DNA of 64,000 nt from an uncultured cyanobacterium (GCA_963740315.1 CAVUDP010000002.1:1312001-1376000); one strand, 5' to 3'. Numbered from the stretch's first letter, positions 30,450 through 41,380 are shown. Notes: generated from the letters alone by a model not told the origin. A program made the numbers and translations.

Positions 30450-31559
30450 ATGGCGATTATCTCCTCTAAAAAACAGCCCCAGCCTCAAGAACCAGACAAA
30501 GAACCACCTCGCCGAAAGGAAATTGCCGCGTCGCCGAGTGATGAAAATCTTTTGCAACCCGAAGCAGCTAAAGATGAACGGGATAATAATGAAGTTGGTA
30601 TACGTCCACAGCGATTTGCCGATTATATTGGGCAGAAAGATTTAAAAGATGTACTTGACATTGCAGTCAAAGCAGCGAAATCCAGAGGTGAAGTATTAGA
30701 CCACCTGCTGCTTTACGGTCCTCCAGGGCTGGGTAAAACTACAATGGCAATGATTTTAGCATCAGAAATGGGAGTAAATTATAAAATTACCAGCGCTCCT
30801 GCTTTGGAACGTCCTAGAGACATTATGGGATTGTTAGTCAACCTTCAACCTGGAGACATTATCTTTATTGACGAAATTCATCGCCTCTCTCGAATGACCG
30901 AAGAAATATTATATCCGGCGATGGAAGATTATCGTTTAGATATTACTGTAGGTAGAGGTTCTAGCGCTCGTACCCGCAGCATTCCTTTATCAAAATATAC
31001 TTTAATCGGAGCCACAACCCGCGTTGGTGCCCTGAGTTCTCCCCTGCGCGATCGCTTTGGTTTAATTCAAAAACTAAGATTTTATGAAGTAGAAGAACTC
31101 AGTCAAATTGTCTTACGCACCGCTGAATTACTTAAAACTAATGTAACAAAAGATGGGGCATTAGAAATTGGACGTAGGTCGCGAGGAACGCCGCGTATTG
31201 CGAATAGATTACTCAAGCGCGTCCGCGATTATGCTGAAGTAAAATTATCTGGTGCTGTAAATGAAACCGTAGCAGCAGAAGCGCTGCAACTGTTCCAGGT
31301 AGACCCCTGCGGCTTAGATTGGACCGATCGCACCATGTTAAGCGCGATCGTAGAACAATTCAATGGCGGTCCTGTGGGGTTAGACACAATTGCTGCTGCT
31401 ACGGGTGAAGACACACTAACTATTGAAGAAGTATACGAACCGTATTTAATGCAAATTGGTTACTTACAGCGGACTCCACGTGGTAGGGTAGCAACACCTG
31501 CCGCTTACAAGCATTTGGGTTTTAAGCCACCAAACGAACAGTTATCTTTGCTTTCATAA
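30450..31559 (+). CDS. ruvB: Holliday junction branch-migration helicase RuvB
   Basis: [34 protein letters not shown] and EPYL. Confidence 0.98.
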   Translation: MAIISSKKQPQPQEPDKEPPRRKEIAASPSDENLLQPEAAKDERDNNEVGIRPQRFADYIGQKDLKDVLDIAVKAAKSRGEVLDHLLLYGPPGLGKTTMAMILASEMGVNYKITSAPALERPRDIMGLLVNLQPGDIIFIDEIHRLSRMTEEILYPAMEDYRLDITVGRGSSARTRSIPLSKYTLIGATTRVGALSSPLRDRFGLIQKLRFYEVEELSQIVLRTAELLKTNVTKDGALEIGRRSRGTPRIANRLLKRVRDYAEVKLSGAVNETVAAEALQLFQVDPCGLDWTDRTMLSAIVEQFNGGPVGLDTIAAATGEDTLTIEEVYEPYLMQIGYLQRTPRGRVATPAAYKHLGFKPPNEQLSLLS

Positions 31560-31622
31560 TTTAAAAATAGTTGTAGAGACTCCGCACTGCGGAGTCTCAT
31601 GTCAGTTAGGAGTTAGGAATTA

Positions 31623-31773
31623 GAGGATGTTTTCCAAGTATCGTATTTACGCAATTCTCGGATTATCCCCCCTTCCCCCCTTATTAAAGGGGGGTTAAAG
31701 TCCCCCTTTAATAAGGGGGATTTAGGGGGATCGGAAAGTTTATGGTTTTATTTATCAGTTCCCAAACATCCTC
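31623..31773. mobile_element. 151-bp MITE with IS5-like ends and TTA target duplication
   Basis: TTA|GAGGATGTTT ... AAACATCCTC|TTA, with internal CCCCCCTTATTAAAGGGGGG and CCCCCTTTAATAAGGGGG palindromes. Confidence 0.8.
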
Positions 31774-31834
31774 TTAGATAATTCAAGCTTACAGACCGTC
31801 TTTTCTATATCAATTTCATTATCAACTAATTATT

Positions 31835-32644
31835 ATGATCAAATTAATCTCCATTTTATTAAGTTTACTTCTAATATTTAGCTGGGTTGAACCTGTTTTT
31901 GCTCTAACAACTCAACCTCCTAACCTGACAAAAGAAGAATTAAAACAACAAGATCGGTTAGCAAACATTGCTTTTGATGCTACTAACAAAGGTGATTTTG
32001 CTAAAGCCGAAGAATACTGGACAAAAATTCTTGAAAAGTTTCCCGGTAATGCAGCAGCTTTGAGTAATCGGGGAAATTCTAGAGTTAGTCAAAACAAGTT
32101 AGAAGCGGCGCTGGCGGATTTTAATAAATCGGTAGAGCTTGCACCCAATGTCACAGATCCTTATTTAAATAGAGGAACCGCTTTAGAAGGTTTGGGAAGA
32201 TGGGATGAAGCGATCGCCGATTACAATCGTGTTTTGGAATTAGATCCGAATGACGCAATGGCATATAACAATCGCGGGAATGCCAAAGCTGGTTTGGGAC
32301 AATGGTATGAAGCTATAGCAGACTATCAAAAATCGGTGGAAAAAGCTCCAAATTTCGCTTTTGCTCGTGCTAACTACGTTTTGGCACTTTATGAAACCGA
32401 TCAAAAAGATAAAGCTATACGAGAAATGAAAAACATTATCCGTAAATATCCCCAGTTTCCCGATGTTCGTGCAGCCCTCACCGCAGCGCTTTGGGTAAAA
32501 GGAGAAAGAGGAGAAGCTGAAAGTAATTGGGTGGCAGCTTATGGATTAGACAGTCGTTACAAAGATATTGATTGGGTAAAAAACGTGCGACGCTGGCCCG
32601 ATAGTATGGTAGCTGCTTTGGAAAAGTTTTTGAAGTTGCAGTGA
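31835..32644 (+). CDS. TPR-repeat protein with signal peptide
   Basis: Repeated ALSNRGN, YLNRGTAL and AYNNRGNAK TPR motifs. Confidence 0.9.
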   Translation: MIKLISILLSLLLIFSWVEPVFALTTQPPNLTKEELKQQDRLANIAFDATNKGDFAKAEEYWTKILEKFPGNAAALSNRGNSRVSQNKLEAALADFNKSVELAPNVTDPYLNRGTALEGLGRWDEAIADYNRVLELDPNDAMAYNNRGNAKAGLGQWYEAIADYQKSVEKAPNFAFARANYVLALYETDQKDKAIREMKNIIRKYPQFPDVRAALTAALWVKGERGEAESNWVAAYGLDSRYKDIDWVKNVRRWPDSMVAALEKFLKLQ

Positions 32645-32881
32645 TTTTACTTATTAATAATGTTTTAATAAATGCACTTATTGCTCTTTTGCATAAATGT
32701 GCTTTTAATATTTTTATACTGAGTATTTGATTAATTTAATTTTCTGTTAGTAATTTGTGCATAAGTTAGTTAGGAATGCACCCAAATAAATATCAGAAGG
32801 TATATATAACAAAACCGTTGGAGTAAAAAGCATCTATCATGACTCATTTTGGTCTTATCTGCCCTACCGCTACAGGTCATA

Positions 32882-34087
32882 AGCTGCTACGCAGCTAAAT
32901 CAAATAAACAGCGTTACCTTTATTTTTAATCTTACGGTCCCAGTTAATAACAAGTCCTCCTTGATTAAGGAGTTTGTTTAACAATTCTTCTAACTGTTCT
33001 ACAGATTCAAATAACCTATGAGCTATATATTCTTTTGTTGAGTGCCAAACTAATTCAATTAAATTATAATCTGGACTATATGGTGGCAAGAATTCCAAAA
33101 TAATGTTTGGCATTTCTTTCTCAATTTTTTCTATAATATCTTTTCTTTTATGGAAGCTAGCATTATCTAAAATAATCACTATTTTAGCTGCACAATCATT
33201 AAAAAATTCAATTTCATTTCCCTGCTCTATCCATTCTTTCCTACATAAGTTATATAAAAGACTCAACTGTTCATAAAATATATCCGCATCTCCTTTTTTG
33301 ATGACAAAATTTATTCTTTTTTTATCATGATAGCGTAAACCTCCCATTATATTGACTCTTCCTCTTCTTCGTTGCCCAGTTACTTTTTTTCTACGACCTT
33401 TTTTACCCCACGTTTTTCTTCTTATAACTCTTAAACTAAATCCACTTTCATCCCAAAACCATACCTGTAAACGGTCTGGCATTGTTTTTGTTATTCTTAG
33501 ATATTCAGATAATTTTTCTTTAAATAGTTTACGTTTCTCAGGATTCTGTTTATCCTCCAAGCTATATTTTGCCCAAAGGTAAACGAACTTTTTTCTAGAT
33601 AATATTCTCCTTACTTGAGAGCCACTTAATTTTATTCCTGTTATCGTTTCAAGATACGTCGCTAATCGAGCAGATGTCCATCGACCAAATTCATATCCGT
33701 ATTCTGCCGGTTCTTTGTCAACTATTTCGGTGGAATAAATCTTCATATTCTTTAGTAACTTTACGTTCGCGTAGCGCGGCTCAAATTACCTTCTCTTCTT
33801 CCATCTGAAAAACTATCTAAGTCATCTGGGTCTCCATGAACTACCCAGTATGCTACCGTCGAATATGCAATATTCAAAAAATCGCTAATTTCTTGATATG
33901 TTTTTCCATCATTCATCAATAATAAAATTAAAATCTTTTCTCTTACATAAGGGTTATCATGCTCTTTGAGGGCTTTTAGTAGCCGTCCTTTCTGCTCCTG
34001 AGAAAGATGATTTTTTGCTGGCATACCTGGTTGGTGATCGCACCCGTTATTGATTTTTGTATTATACAATCAAGCTGCGTAGCAGCT
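32882..34087 (-). mobile_element. IS630-family insertion sequence, 1206 bp
   Basis: Perfect 15-bp TIR AGCTGCTACGCAGCT / AGCTGCGTAGCAGCT flanked by a duplicated TA (32880-81 and 34088-89). Confidence 0.95.
32895..34024 (-). pseudogene. IS630 transposase, frameshifted around 33730-33782
   Basis: The HTH part (MPAKNHLSQEQK) and the DDE part (WDESGF, ILDNASFH, PDYNLIELVW) lie in different frames. Confidence 0.85.
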
Positions 34088-35436
34088 TATCAATACCATA
34101 TTTCCTTTAGCCAAAGAACTACAAAAGCGCGGTCATCATATTACAGTAATTAACATTCCCTATGCCGAAACTTTAGCTTCAGCAGCAGGTTTTGACTTTC
34201 AAGTATTTGGTGAAGCTGAATGGTCTAATGAGATTAGAGCGCAATATTATGCAAAATTAGCTCAACTCAGCGGCAAGGAAGCTTTAAATTTTACCTTTGG
34301 GATGTTAAAAAAGAAAACTGCTAATGCTTTAAGAGATGTCCCACAAATTATTAAGGAAGTAGGTATAGAAGCGTTAATAGTAGATCAAACTAGCTTTGAA
34401 GGCGGCACGATTGCAGAATATCTTAATATTCCTTTCATTACTCTTTGCAGTGCGCTGCCATTCAATCAAGAAAATAATATACCGCCGTTTGCCGTATCTT
34501 GGGGTTATAACCGGGCATGGTGGGCAAAATTGCGAAACCAACTCGGTTATTCTCAAATTAATCGTCTTTTTAAACCAACTTGGGAAATTGTATCGGAGTA
34601 TCGCCGTCAATGGAATTTACCTGCTTATTCCGATATATCCGATATCAATGAATATGATTCCAAGGTGGCGATTATTAGTCAACAACCTGTTGAATTTTAA
34701 TTTCCCCGTCAAAATTTACCGACACATTTCCACTTCACCGGACCATTTCACGATTCTACAGCTAGAAAAGCCGTTGATTTCCCATTTGAAAAGTTAAATG
34801 ATAAACCGTTGATTTACGCTTCGATGGGAACTTTGCAAAATCGTTTAAAGTATGTATTTTCTTATATTGCCGAAGCTTGTACTGGGTTAGATGCACAGTT
34901 AGTAATTTCTTTGGGGGGCGCACTCGAACCCGAAGCAATCGGAAATCTACCTGGAAATCCTTTAGTAGTTAAATATGCACCGCAATTAGAACTACTTCAG
35001 AAAGCTAGCTTAACAATTACTCATTCCGGATTAAATACTACTTTAGAATCACTGAATAATAAAGTTCCAATGGTAGCCATACCCGTTACTAACGATCAGC
35101 CTGGAGTTGCAGCGCGTACAGCTTGGAGTGGTGCGGGTGAAGCTATTGCTTTAAAAAAATTGAGTGTTGCTAAATTACGAGAAAGTATTAAACGGGTATT
35201 AACATCCGATTCTTACAAACAAAATGCTTTGAAATTACAGACAGCAATTCGTAATGGTGGAGGTGTAAAACGTGCTGCTGATATTATTGAAAAAGCTGTA
35301 ACAACAAGGGAACCAGTATTAGTTCAAAGATAGCAACATGAGATTTTTTTTCATGTTATGAAACAACATTAAGACCCTGCAATTAGGAATAAATTCTGAT
35401 TAGTAAACAGAAATTATTTCAATAATTCGGGGCTTA

Positions 35437-36681
35437 ATGACAAAAGATAAATATGCTCGTAAAAGCGAAACGGATAGAGGAGTTAGTGTCTTTAAAACTT
35501 TTCAACAAGATGCCGAACGAATCAAAGCTTTATCCGCCGATGACGCGACAATTTCCAAGCAACCTGTTATTACTATGTCGTCTTTGGGCGATTTGGGGAG
35601 ATTTGGAAACCAGCTATTACAATATGCTTTCTTAAAAGTATGTGCGAAGAAGTCTAATGCACAAATGGAATGTTCTTCTTGGATCGGACAAACCCTATTT
35701 GGACTTAAGGATGCACCAATTTCTAGACGTTTACCTTTAGCTGTGGAAGAATCGTATTTTGGTCCAAATCTTTTTGATTACATTCCCGAATTCATTCCTT
35801 ACTTAGAAAAACTCTCAAATCAAAGTAGTTTTCGGATTCCGGGAGAAGAGATTATTGAAAGTGCAAAAGTAAATGTAGATTTATGGGGTTTTTTCCAAGT
35901 TCACACCCAGTATTTACAGCCATATAAACAAGAAATTCGCTCGTGGTTTCAACCCGTCGGCGATTTAAAGTCTGCATTATTAGATGGATTAGAAGTTCTT
36001 CGTTCCCAAGGTAAAACAGTAGTTGGAGTTCATATTCGACGCGGCGATTTTTTTTCAGTGCCAATGGCTGGATTCACTCTTGTAGTTCCTTCAAAATGGT
36101 GGTGCGAGTGGCTCGAAAGTATCTGGGATGAATTAGAAAATCCGGTGCTTTTTCTGTGTAGCGATGATTTAGACAATGTAATTGATGATTTTAAAAAATT
36201 TTCACCCATTACGTACAAAGATTTAGATATCAAGCTACCGGAAAGGATGAAAGATTTAGATATTGGGTTTTACACCGACTTCTACTTATTAAGTAACTGC
36301 GATATAGTCGGTATCAGCAATAGCATATTTAGTTTCACAGCTTGTATGTTAAACGATCGCGGTAAAATGTTTGTCCGCCCAAGCTGGGATTTTTCGACAA
36401 AATTTGAGCAATTCGATCCTTGGAACAGCGTACCACTTTTGCACATAGGATACCCAGAACAAAAATCTTTCAAGAGTTATGGCGATGCTGTTTATACCAC
36501 TTGCATTACTCAAGGGATATGGGGAATGCTCAAATTCATTTTTATCTACTATCCTAAGAATTCTTTAAAAACCTGGCTTATTCGAGCTTACTTAGGATAT
36601 CAAATTCAAGGCTTTTTAGGTGTTTTTAAAAGTTTGCTATATACATTAGGTGCGCGTAATGTGTGGAAAAGTACTAATTGA
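35437..36681 (+). CDS. GT11 alpha-1,2-fucosyltransferase-like protein
   Basis: GRFGNQLLQYAF, VGVHIRRGDF, CSDD and DFYLLSNCD..ISNSIFS. Confidence 0.85.
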   Translation: MTKDKYARKSETDRGVSVFKTFQQDAERIKALSADDATISKQPVITMSSLGDLGRFGNQLLQYAFLKVCAKKSNAQMECSSWIGQTLFGLKDAPISRRLPLAVEESYFGPNLFDYIPEFIPYLEKLSNQSSFRIPGEEIIESAKVNVDLWGFFQVHTQYLQPYKQEIRSWFQPVGDLKSALLDGLEVLRSQGKTVVGVHIRRGDFFSVPMAGFTLVVPSKWWCEWLESIWDELENPVLFLCSDDLDNVIDDFKKFSPITYKDLDIKLPERMKDLDIGFYTDFYLLSNCDIVGISNSIFSFTACMLNDRGKMFVRPSWDFSTKFEQFDPWNSVPLLHIGYPEQKSFKSYGDAVYTTCITQGIWGMLKFIFIYYPKNSLKTWLIRAYLGYQIQGFLGVFKSLLYTLGARNVWKSTN

Positions 36682-36799
36682 ATGTATATAGTTAGGAATT
36701 AAGCACTCGCAACGATAAATCAAATATTCTAGAAGTTCATATCCGCTTAAATCCCACGCTCCTGAAGGGGAACTCACGTAAATCCTATTTAAATAAACC

Positions 36800-38137
36800 T
36801 TATGCGTCTTTCCTGGAGGAAATATAAAGAGGCTCGTTTTGATTACAAACATTACTAATAACACAAATCATCTCCGAAGCCAAAGTTTCTACTGTTTCCG
36901 TACTAGTTGAAGGTTGAGAAAACATAAAATTCAACAACATTTTGCCGCGAAAAGTAGAAACAGCAGCAGCAAAAACTCCTCCAAATGCTGCTTGTGCTGT
37001 CACAAAGCTTATTTCTTCTAATTCAAATTGACCGTAATTATGCGGTACATTAATCCGACCGATGTTAGTTAAAGATGCACTCACAAATGATTGATAAGGC
37101 TTTTTAAGAAAAGATTGCATAATTGTTTTAAACATCAACATTTGTCTAAATGCATCGTTGCTTGCTAAACCTTTTTCTAGTTTTTGTTTTATATCTCGTG
37201 CTAAATCCCAAAAATTCTCATTTCCTTGAAGATTATGAAAGGAATGTACAGTAGAAGCAACTGCACCTAAATGTTCATTACTTATTTGGGGTTGTAAACG
37301 CTTACGCAAATTTACAGGTGAAAGAAAGCTGTAATTATTGTTATTTTTTGCAGAAAGTTTAGTTTTTTTCGCAACTGCAAACAACATTGCAGCACTCAAA
37401 GCAGCTTGTACGGTAGTTTTTTGTTGACGACAAACATTTACTAAGGGTGTAGTTAATTCCGAATTCAGCTTTCTATGCACCATACCGCAGCTACGAGATT
37501 CTAAAGGTATGCTTTTTTCAAAATTTAAAGTTATAGGTTGATAACGCAATAACTGTATTTTCAGGTTTAATAAATAATAAATATTACCTATTTTCCCTGT
37601 AAAACCCTGAAGTGATTTTGGGATTAATTTATTAATAGAAGCTAATTGAGGTAATTGATTAAGACACTCCCCATTCCCTTCAGCAATATTTTGACAATTA
37701 GTTAATATTTCCGACTGCAATTGGATGCATGATGAAGCATCTGCGATCGCGTGATGTATGGTTGTAATCAGATAACAAATATTTGGTTCTTCCTCAAAAT
37801 TAATCAACGTAACTCGTAGCAGATTGCGATCGCTATTAATTTTTTGATTTAATTCTTCAATAACAACTTCCTCCCACTGCTCTATTTGTTGCTTTTTTAC
37901 AACTGATAATGAGATTTTATCTGCTCCTGATTCAAACCAAAAACTATTTGATTTCGCAACAATCCGAGTATTAAGTAAAGGATGACGACTTTGGATAATA
38001 TCAAGCGCTTGTCTTAATAATTGCTCGTTCAAAATTCCTTTAATACGACTAATTGTCACAATATGAAACGAAGCCGCAAGATTATTTAAAATTTCCATTG
38101 CTTGCTCGTGAGGGGCAAGTTGTCTGTTTTTTAACAT
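36800..38137 (-). CDS. CoA-dependent acyltransferase or stand-alone condensation-domain protein (PapA5/AATase-like)
   Basis: RHPLL, HHAIADA (HHxxxDG variant), PVNLRKRL and LTNIG. Confidence 0.82.
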   Translation of the reverse strand: MLKNRQLAPHEQAMEILNNLAASFHIVTISRIKGILNEQLLRQALDIIQSRHPLLNTRIVAKSNSFWFESGADKISLSVVKKQQIEQWEEVVIEELNQKINSDRNLLRVTLINFEEEPNICYLITTIHHAIADASSCIQLQSEILTNCQNIAEGNGECLNQLPQLASINKLIPKSLQGFTGKIGNIYYLLNLKIQLLRYQPITLNFEKSIPLESRSCGMVHRKLNSELTTPLVNVCRQQKTTVQAALSAAMLFAVAKKTKLSAKNNNNYSFLSPVNLRKRLQPQISNEHLGAVASTVHSFHNLQGNENFWDLARDIKQKLEKGLASNDAFRQMLMFKTIMQSFLKKPYQSFVSASLTNIGRINVPHNYGQFELEEISFVTAQAAFGGVFAAAVSTFRGKMLLNFMFSQPSTSTETVETLASEMICVISNVCNQNEPLYISSRKDA

Positions 38138-38260
38138 GGGTAGATGGGGGAGGGGAGATGGGAGAGGGGGAGATGGGGGGATGGGGAGATGGGGGGATGG
38201 GGGGATGGGGAGATGGGGAGATGGGGGGACAAGGTGACAAGGAGAAATAACTCTTAACTC

Positions 38261-39073
38261 TTAACTCCTAACTCCTAACTCCCGAACTAATTCCTGAATT
38301 TTTTCTGGAGTTAATTCTTGCACGTTACTTAACACTATTGTTGCTCCGGCTTTTTTGAGGGATTCGGTGTAAGTATCGCGTTTTTGTGCTGCTTGTTGTA
38401 CGTGAGGTGGTAATACTCCGACTCCAATCCAAGTGCGGTTTGGCTGGTTTTTCCGCGCTTTTTCTACGGTGTACATATCGGCTACCGTATCTCCTACGTA
38501 AATTACTGGTGGCGAATAATTAATACCATACTGTAGTAATTCAAGTGTAGAAAATAGTCCTGCGGGATCTGGTTTACTTGGCGCGTCTTCCATTGCAATT
38601 AATACGGGGGATTGTAACCTGAGACGTTGTTGCAACACATAGGTAGCTGATGCGCGAGTTGCACCGCTAAAAAATCCCCAGCGAATGAAGGCTTCGGTAA
38701 GTTGGTTTAAGTAGCTCGGCTGTAATAATAATGGTTCATCGCGGATGTATCCCGTTAAATTATCGGGGTTATTACCTCGGTAACGCGATTGAAAAAAGGC
38801 GACAATCGAGTTGTAATCAAGATTTACTTGTTCGCGGGATTGTTCTTGAGTTTCAAAGTAACGATAAATTAATTCTTGAGAACCTTCCCAATCATTATTC
38901 CATACACCTTCGGACTTAAGACGGTCAATATCATCGGCTGTAGGACGATACGCTTGAAGAGTAAAATGCTCTACAGTATCTGCGATCGCTCGTCGATAGG
39001 AACCCGATACATCCCGCACTACGCCATCAATATCAAAAACAACAATGGCAGGAATTGACGTTTGTTGATTCAC
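38261..39073 (-). CDS. HAD-superfamily IA hydrolase (TIGR01548-like)
   Basis: FDIDGVVRD, KPDP and YVGDTVADM. Confidence 0.88.
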   Translation of the reverse strand: MNQQTSIPAIVVFDIDGVVRDVSGSYRRAIADTVEHFTLQAYRPTADDIDRLKSEGVWNNDWEGSQELIYRYFETQEQSREQVNLDYNSIVAFFQSRYRGNNPDNLTGYIRDEPLLLQPSYLNQLTEAFIRWGFFSGATRASATYVLQQRLRLQSPVLIAMEDAPSKPDPAGLFSTLELLQYGINYSPPVIYVGDTVADMYTVEKARKNQPNRTWIGVGVLPPHVQQAAQKRDTYTESLKKAGATIVLSNVQELTPEKIQELVRELGVRS

Positions 39074-39425
39074 GGTAATCAGTAATCAGTTAACAGTTAT
39101 CAGTTAACAGTAATCAGTTACCAGTTACCAGTAATCAGTAATCAGTTACCAGTAATCAGTAATCAGTTACCAGTAATCAGTTACCAGTTAGAAGCTAGGA
39201 GTTAGGACTACTTCGACAAGTCTTACAGTGAGCTACGTCGAACTGCTCAGTAACCGGCGTTGAGTTATTTCTCCTTGTCTCCTTGTCTCCTCTCCCCCTC
39301 TCCCCCCTCTACCCCATCTCCCCATCCCCCCATCCCCCCATCTCCCCGAACCCCATCTCCCCCTCTACCCCATCTCCCCATCCCCCCATCCCCCCATCTC
39401 TCCATCTCCCCCGAACCCCATTTCC
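39074..39425. repeat. STRR arrays (CAGTAAT/CAGTTAC, CCCCATCT) with an inserted short dispersed repeat at 39209-39256
   Basis: Tandem heptamers and octamers seen directly. Confidence 0.85.
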
Positions 39426-39502
39426 TTATCCTAATTGCTCAGGTGGTAAGTTATTAAGTTAAAATAAGCGATCGCTGTTGTTATTAATGGTTGCTGGAAT
39501 AT

Positions 39503-39832
39503 ATGGAAGATCAAATTCAAACTCAAGAACAGGCATCCAAGTTTATTTTAAAGATTTTGTGGTTGGATGATAATGTGGCTTTGGCGGTTGACCAGATAGT
39601 GGGCAAGGGTTTTAGCCCTTTGACGAAGTACTTTTTCTGGCCTCGGACTGATGCGTGGGAAGAGTTGAAAAATGAACTGGAGTCGAAACACTGGATTGCT
39701 GAAGTGGAACGAGTCGAGATGCTCAATAAAGCTACTGAAGTTATTAATTACTGGCAAGAAGAAGGTAGAAAACGACCTATGACTGAGGCTCAAGGTAAGT
39801 TTCCTGAAGTTATCTTTACTGGTAGTAATTAA
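39503..39832 (+). CDS. ycf65: 30S ribosomal protein PSRP-3 (Ycf65)
   Basis: [38 protein letters not shown]. Confidence 0.92.
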   Translation: MEDQIQTQEQASKFILKILWLDDNVALAVDQIVGKGFSPLTKYFFWPRTDAWEELKNELESKHWIAEVERVEMLNKATEVINYWQEEGRKRPMTEAQGKFPEVIFTGSN

Positions 39833-39919
39833 TACTCTAACTCCATTCAATCAATTTCGTTGATATCCCACTCCTAAATTATCAGCCCTGCGAGCAGATT
39901 GCACTAAGGTAAGTATTTA

Positions 39920-39951
39920 GAAACCCGGTTTTTTTGAAAAACCGGGTTTTT
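39920..39951 (+). terminator. Hairpin downstream of ycf65
   Basis: AAACCCGGTTTTTTTGAAAAACCGGGTTTTT. Confidence 0.55.
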
Positions 39952-40348
39952 CAATGCTTTTTTCTGTAATCGCTGCGTAAGTATTGTAAATGTAAGATAA
40001 AGCATATTGTACTTATACTTACTTAATAACCGAAAAAATACTTAACAAGCAAATAATTAAATAAATATTATTGATTAATGCGTTTAATTTGTTCTGTCAA
40101 GTTGTTTTGCTTCCAATAAATAATCTTGTTTTTAAGCAAAAACACTGAAGTAAAAAGTATTATATAGCTGCAAAATAGTTAACAGATATTAGTCAAAGTA
40201 GTAATTTAGTATTTCTTTCTTTAAATGGTATCAATTAAACAGGTATTACTAAAGAAAACCATTTAGGTATATAACTAGTTAATCTGTTAAAACATCATAT
40301 ACTGCACATTTTTTTTAGCATAAATAGGTCACTGGGGATAAGATAACC

Positions 40349-40984
40349 GTGATTCAGATATTTGGAAACTTTCTAGAAAACTTATTTAACAAAGATAATT
40401 TAGAAAAAGCTCAAGTTTTCGGCGATTATGTGGAAAGACCACAACAAGAAGAACATTTAACTTTAGGTTTTTCACCATCTGCTATTCCGATAAAAAAGCG
40501 CTGGCGTAATAATGGTTTATCCGCCGATTATGTTGCTAATTATTTAACAACATTTTTCCCGATAAAAGTAGATGAACCTGACAGCATAGATAGGTTAGCT
40601 TCAATGAAAAGTGCAGTCAGCTATACTGCTAACGAACTGTTAGAAAATTCCATGAAATATGCTGACACAACTACTTTCTATCCGATTACATTACATACCC
40701 AAATAGAGAATACTAAAATTCGACTGTTTGTGGATAACAGTATTCTGGCTTCACAAGCAGAAAATTTTCAGATGTTTATTAAAGAATTACTAAATTCTGA
40801 CCCAGACGAGCTTTTCATTCGTAAATTAGAAGAAAATGCGGAAAGTGAAAATAGTTCTAGTTCGGGATTGGGTTTTTTGACAATGATTAATGATTATTCT
40901 GCCAAGCTTGGTTGGAAGTTTGATACTGTCGAAAAAGATTCCCCAGTTATGACTGTAACTACTATGGTTGAGTTGACTGTTTAG
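40349..40984 (+). CDS. Slr1658/SiaB-like GHKL Ser/Thr kinase (anti-sigma-like)
   Basis: RWRNNGLSAD, N-box ANELLENSMKY and G-box SGLGFLTMINDY..LGWKF. Confidence 0.78.
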   Translation: MIQIFGNFLENLFNKDNLEKAQVFGDYVERPQQEEHLTLGFSPSAIPIKKRWRNNGLSADYVANYLTTFFPIKVDEPDSIDRLASMKSAVSYTANELLENSMKYADTTTFYPITLHTQIENTKIRLFVDNSILASQAENFQMFIKELLNSDPDELFIRKLEENAESENSSSSGLGFLTMINDYSAKLGWKFDTVEKDSPVMTVTTMVELTV

Positions 40985-41035
40985 AGTACTTTAAAATCAT
41001 CTACAAATAGTTTGGAGTTAAGGAGCTTTATAAAT

Positions 41036-41380
41036 ATGCAAGTTAAGGGTGAAAACTATAATGTTTGGTATGACAAAAATAACGGTGCGATTAATTTTGA
41101 TGGCGCACTTAGATTGACTGGAATGCAGGATTACGCGCCAATTTTAGAATTACTTAATGAGATAGCTTCTACAGAACCACCAAATATGGTTCTTAATTTA
41201 CAGCAATTACAATTCCTTAATAGTTCGGGAATTAGTATGCTATCAAAATTTGCGATCGGGATGCGAAAGCAAAAGTCTGTAAAAGTAAAAATTATTGGTT
41301 CTAAAAATATCCCTTGGCAAGGTAAATCTTTGAAGAATTTACAGCGATTAATGCCGGGATTGACTTTAGAAATACAATAA
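41036..41380 (+). CDS. Slr1659-like STAS anti-sigma antagonist
   Basis: LNLQQLQFLNSSGISML (STAS phospho-Ser motif); RBS AAGGAG at 41020. Confidence 0.82.
   Translation: MQVKGENYNVWYDKNNGAINFDGALRLTGMQDYAPILELLNEIASTEPPNMVLNLQQLQFLNSSGISMLSKFAIGMRKQKSVKVKIIGSKNIPWQGKSLKNLQRLMPGLTLEIQ

Larger units (their letters stand above)
32839..35333 (+). pseudogene. GT1/MGT-family glycosyltransferase, disrupted by IS630 and a nonsense codon
   Basis: Removing the IS restores MTHFGLICPTATGH-INTIFPLAKELQKRGH. In-frame TAA at 34698-34700 (EF*FPRQNLP). C-terminal YAPQLELL...THSGLNTTLESL...NDQP (PSPG-like box). Confidence 0.92.

Noticed and set aside
39950..40348. NtcA box upstream of the partner-switch operon
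   Set aside because: No GTA-N8-TAC match was found by eye.
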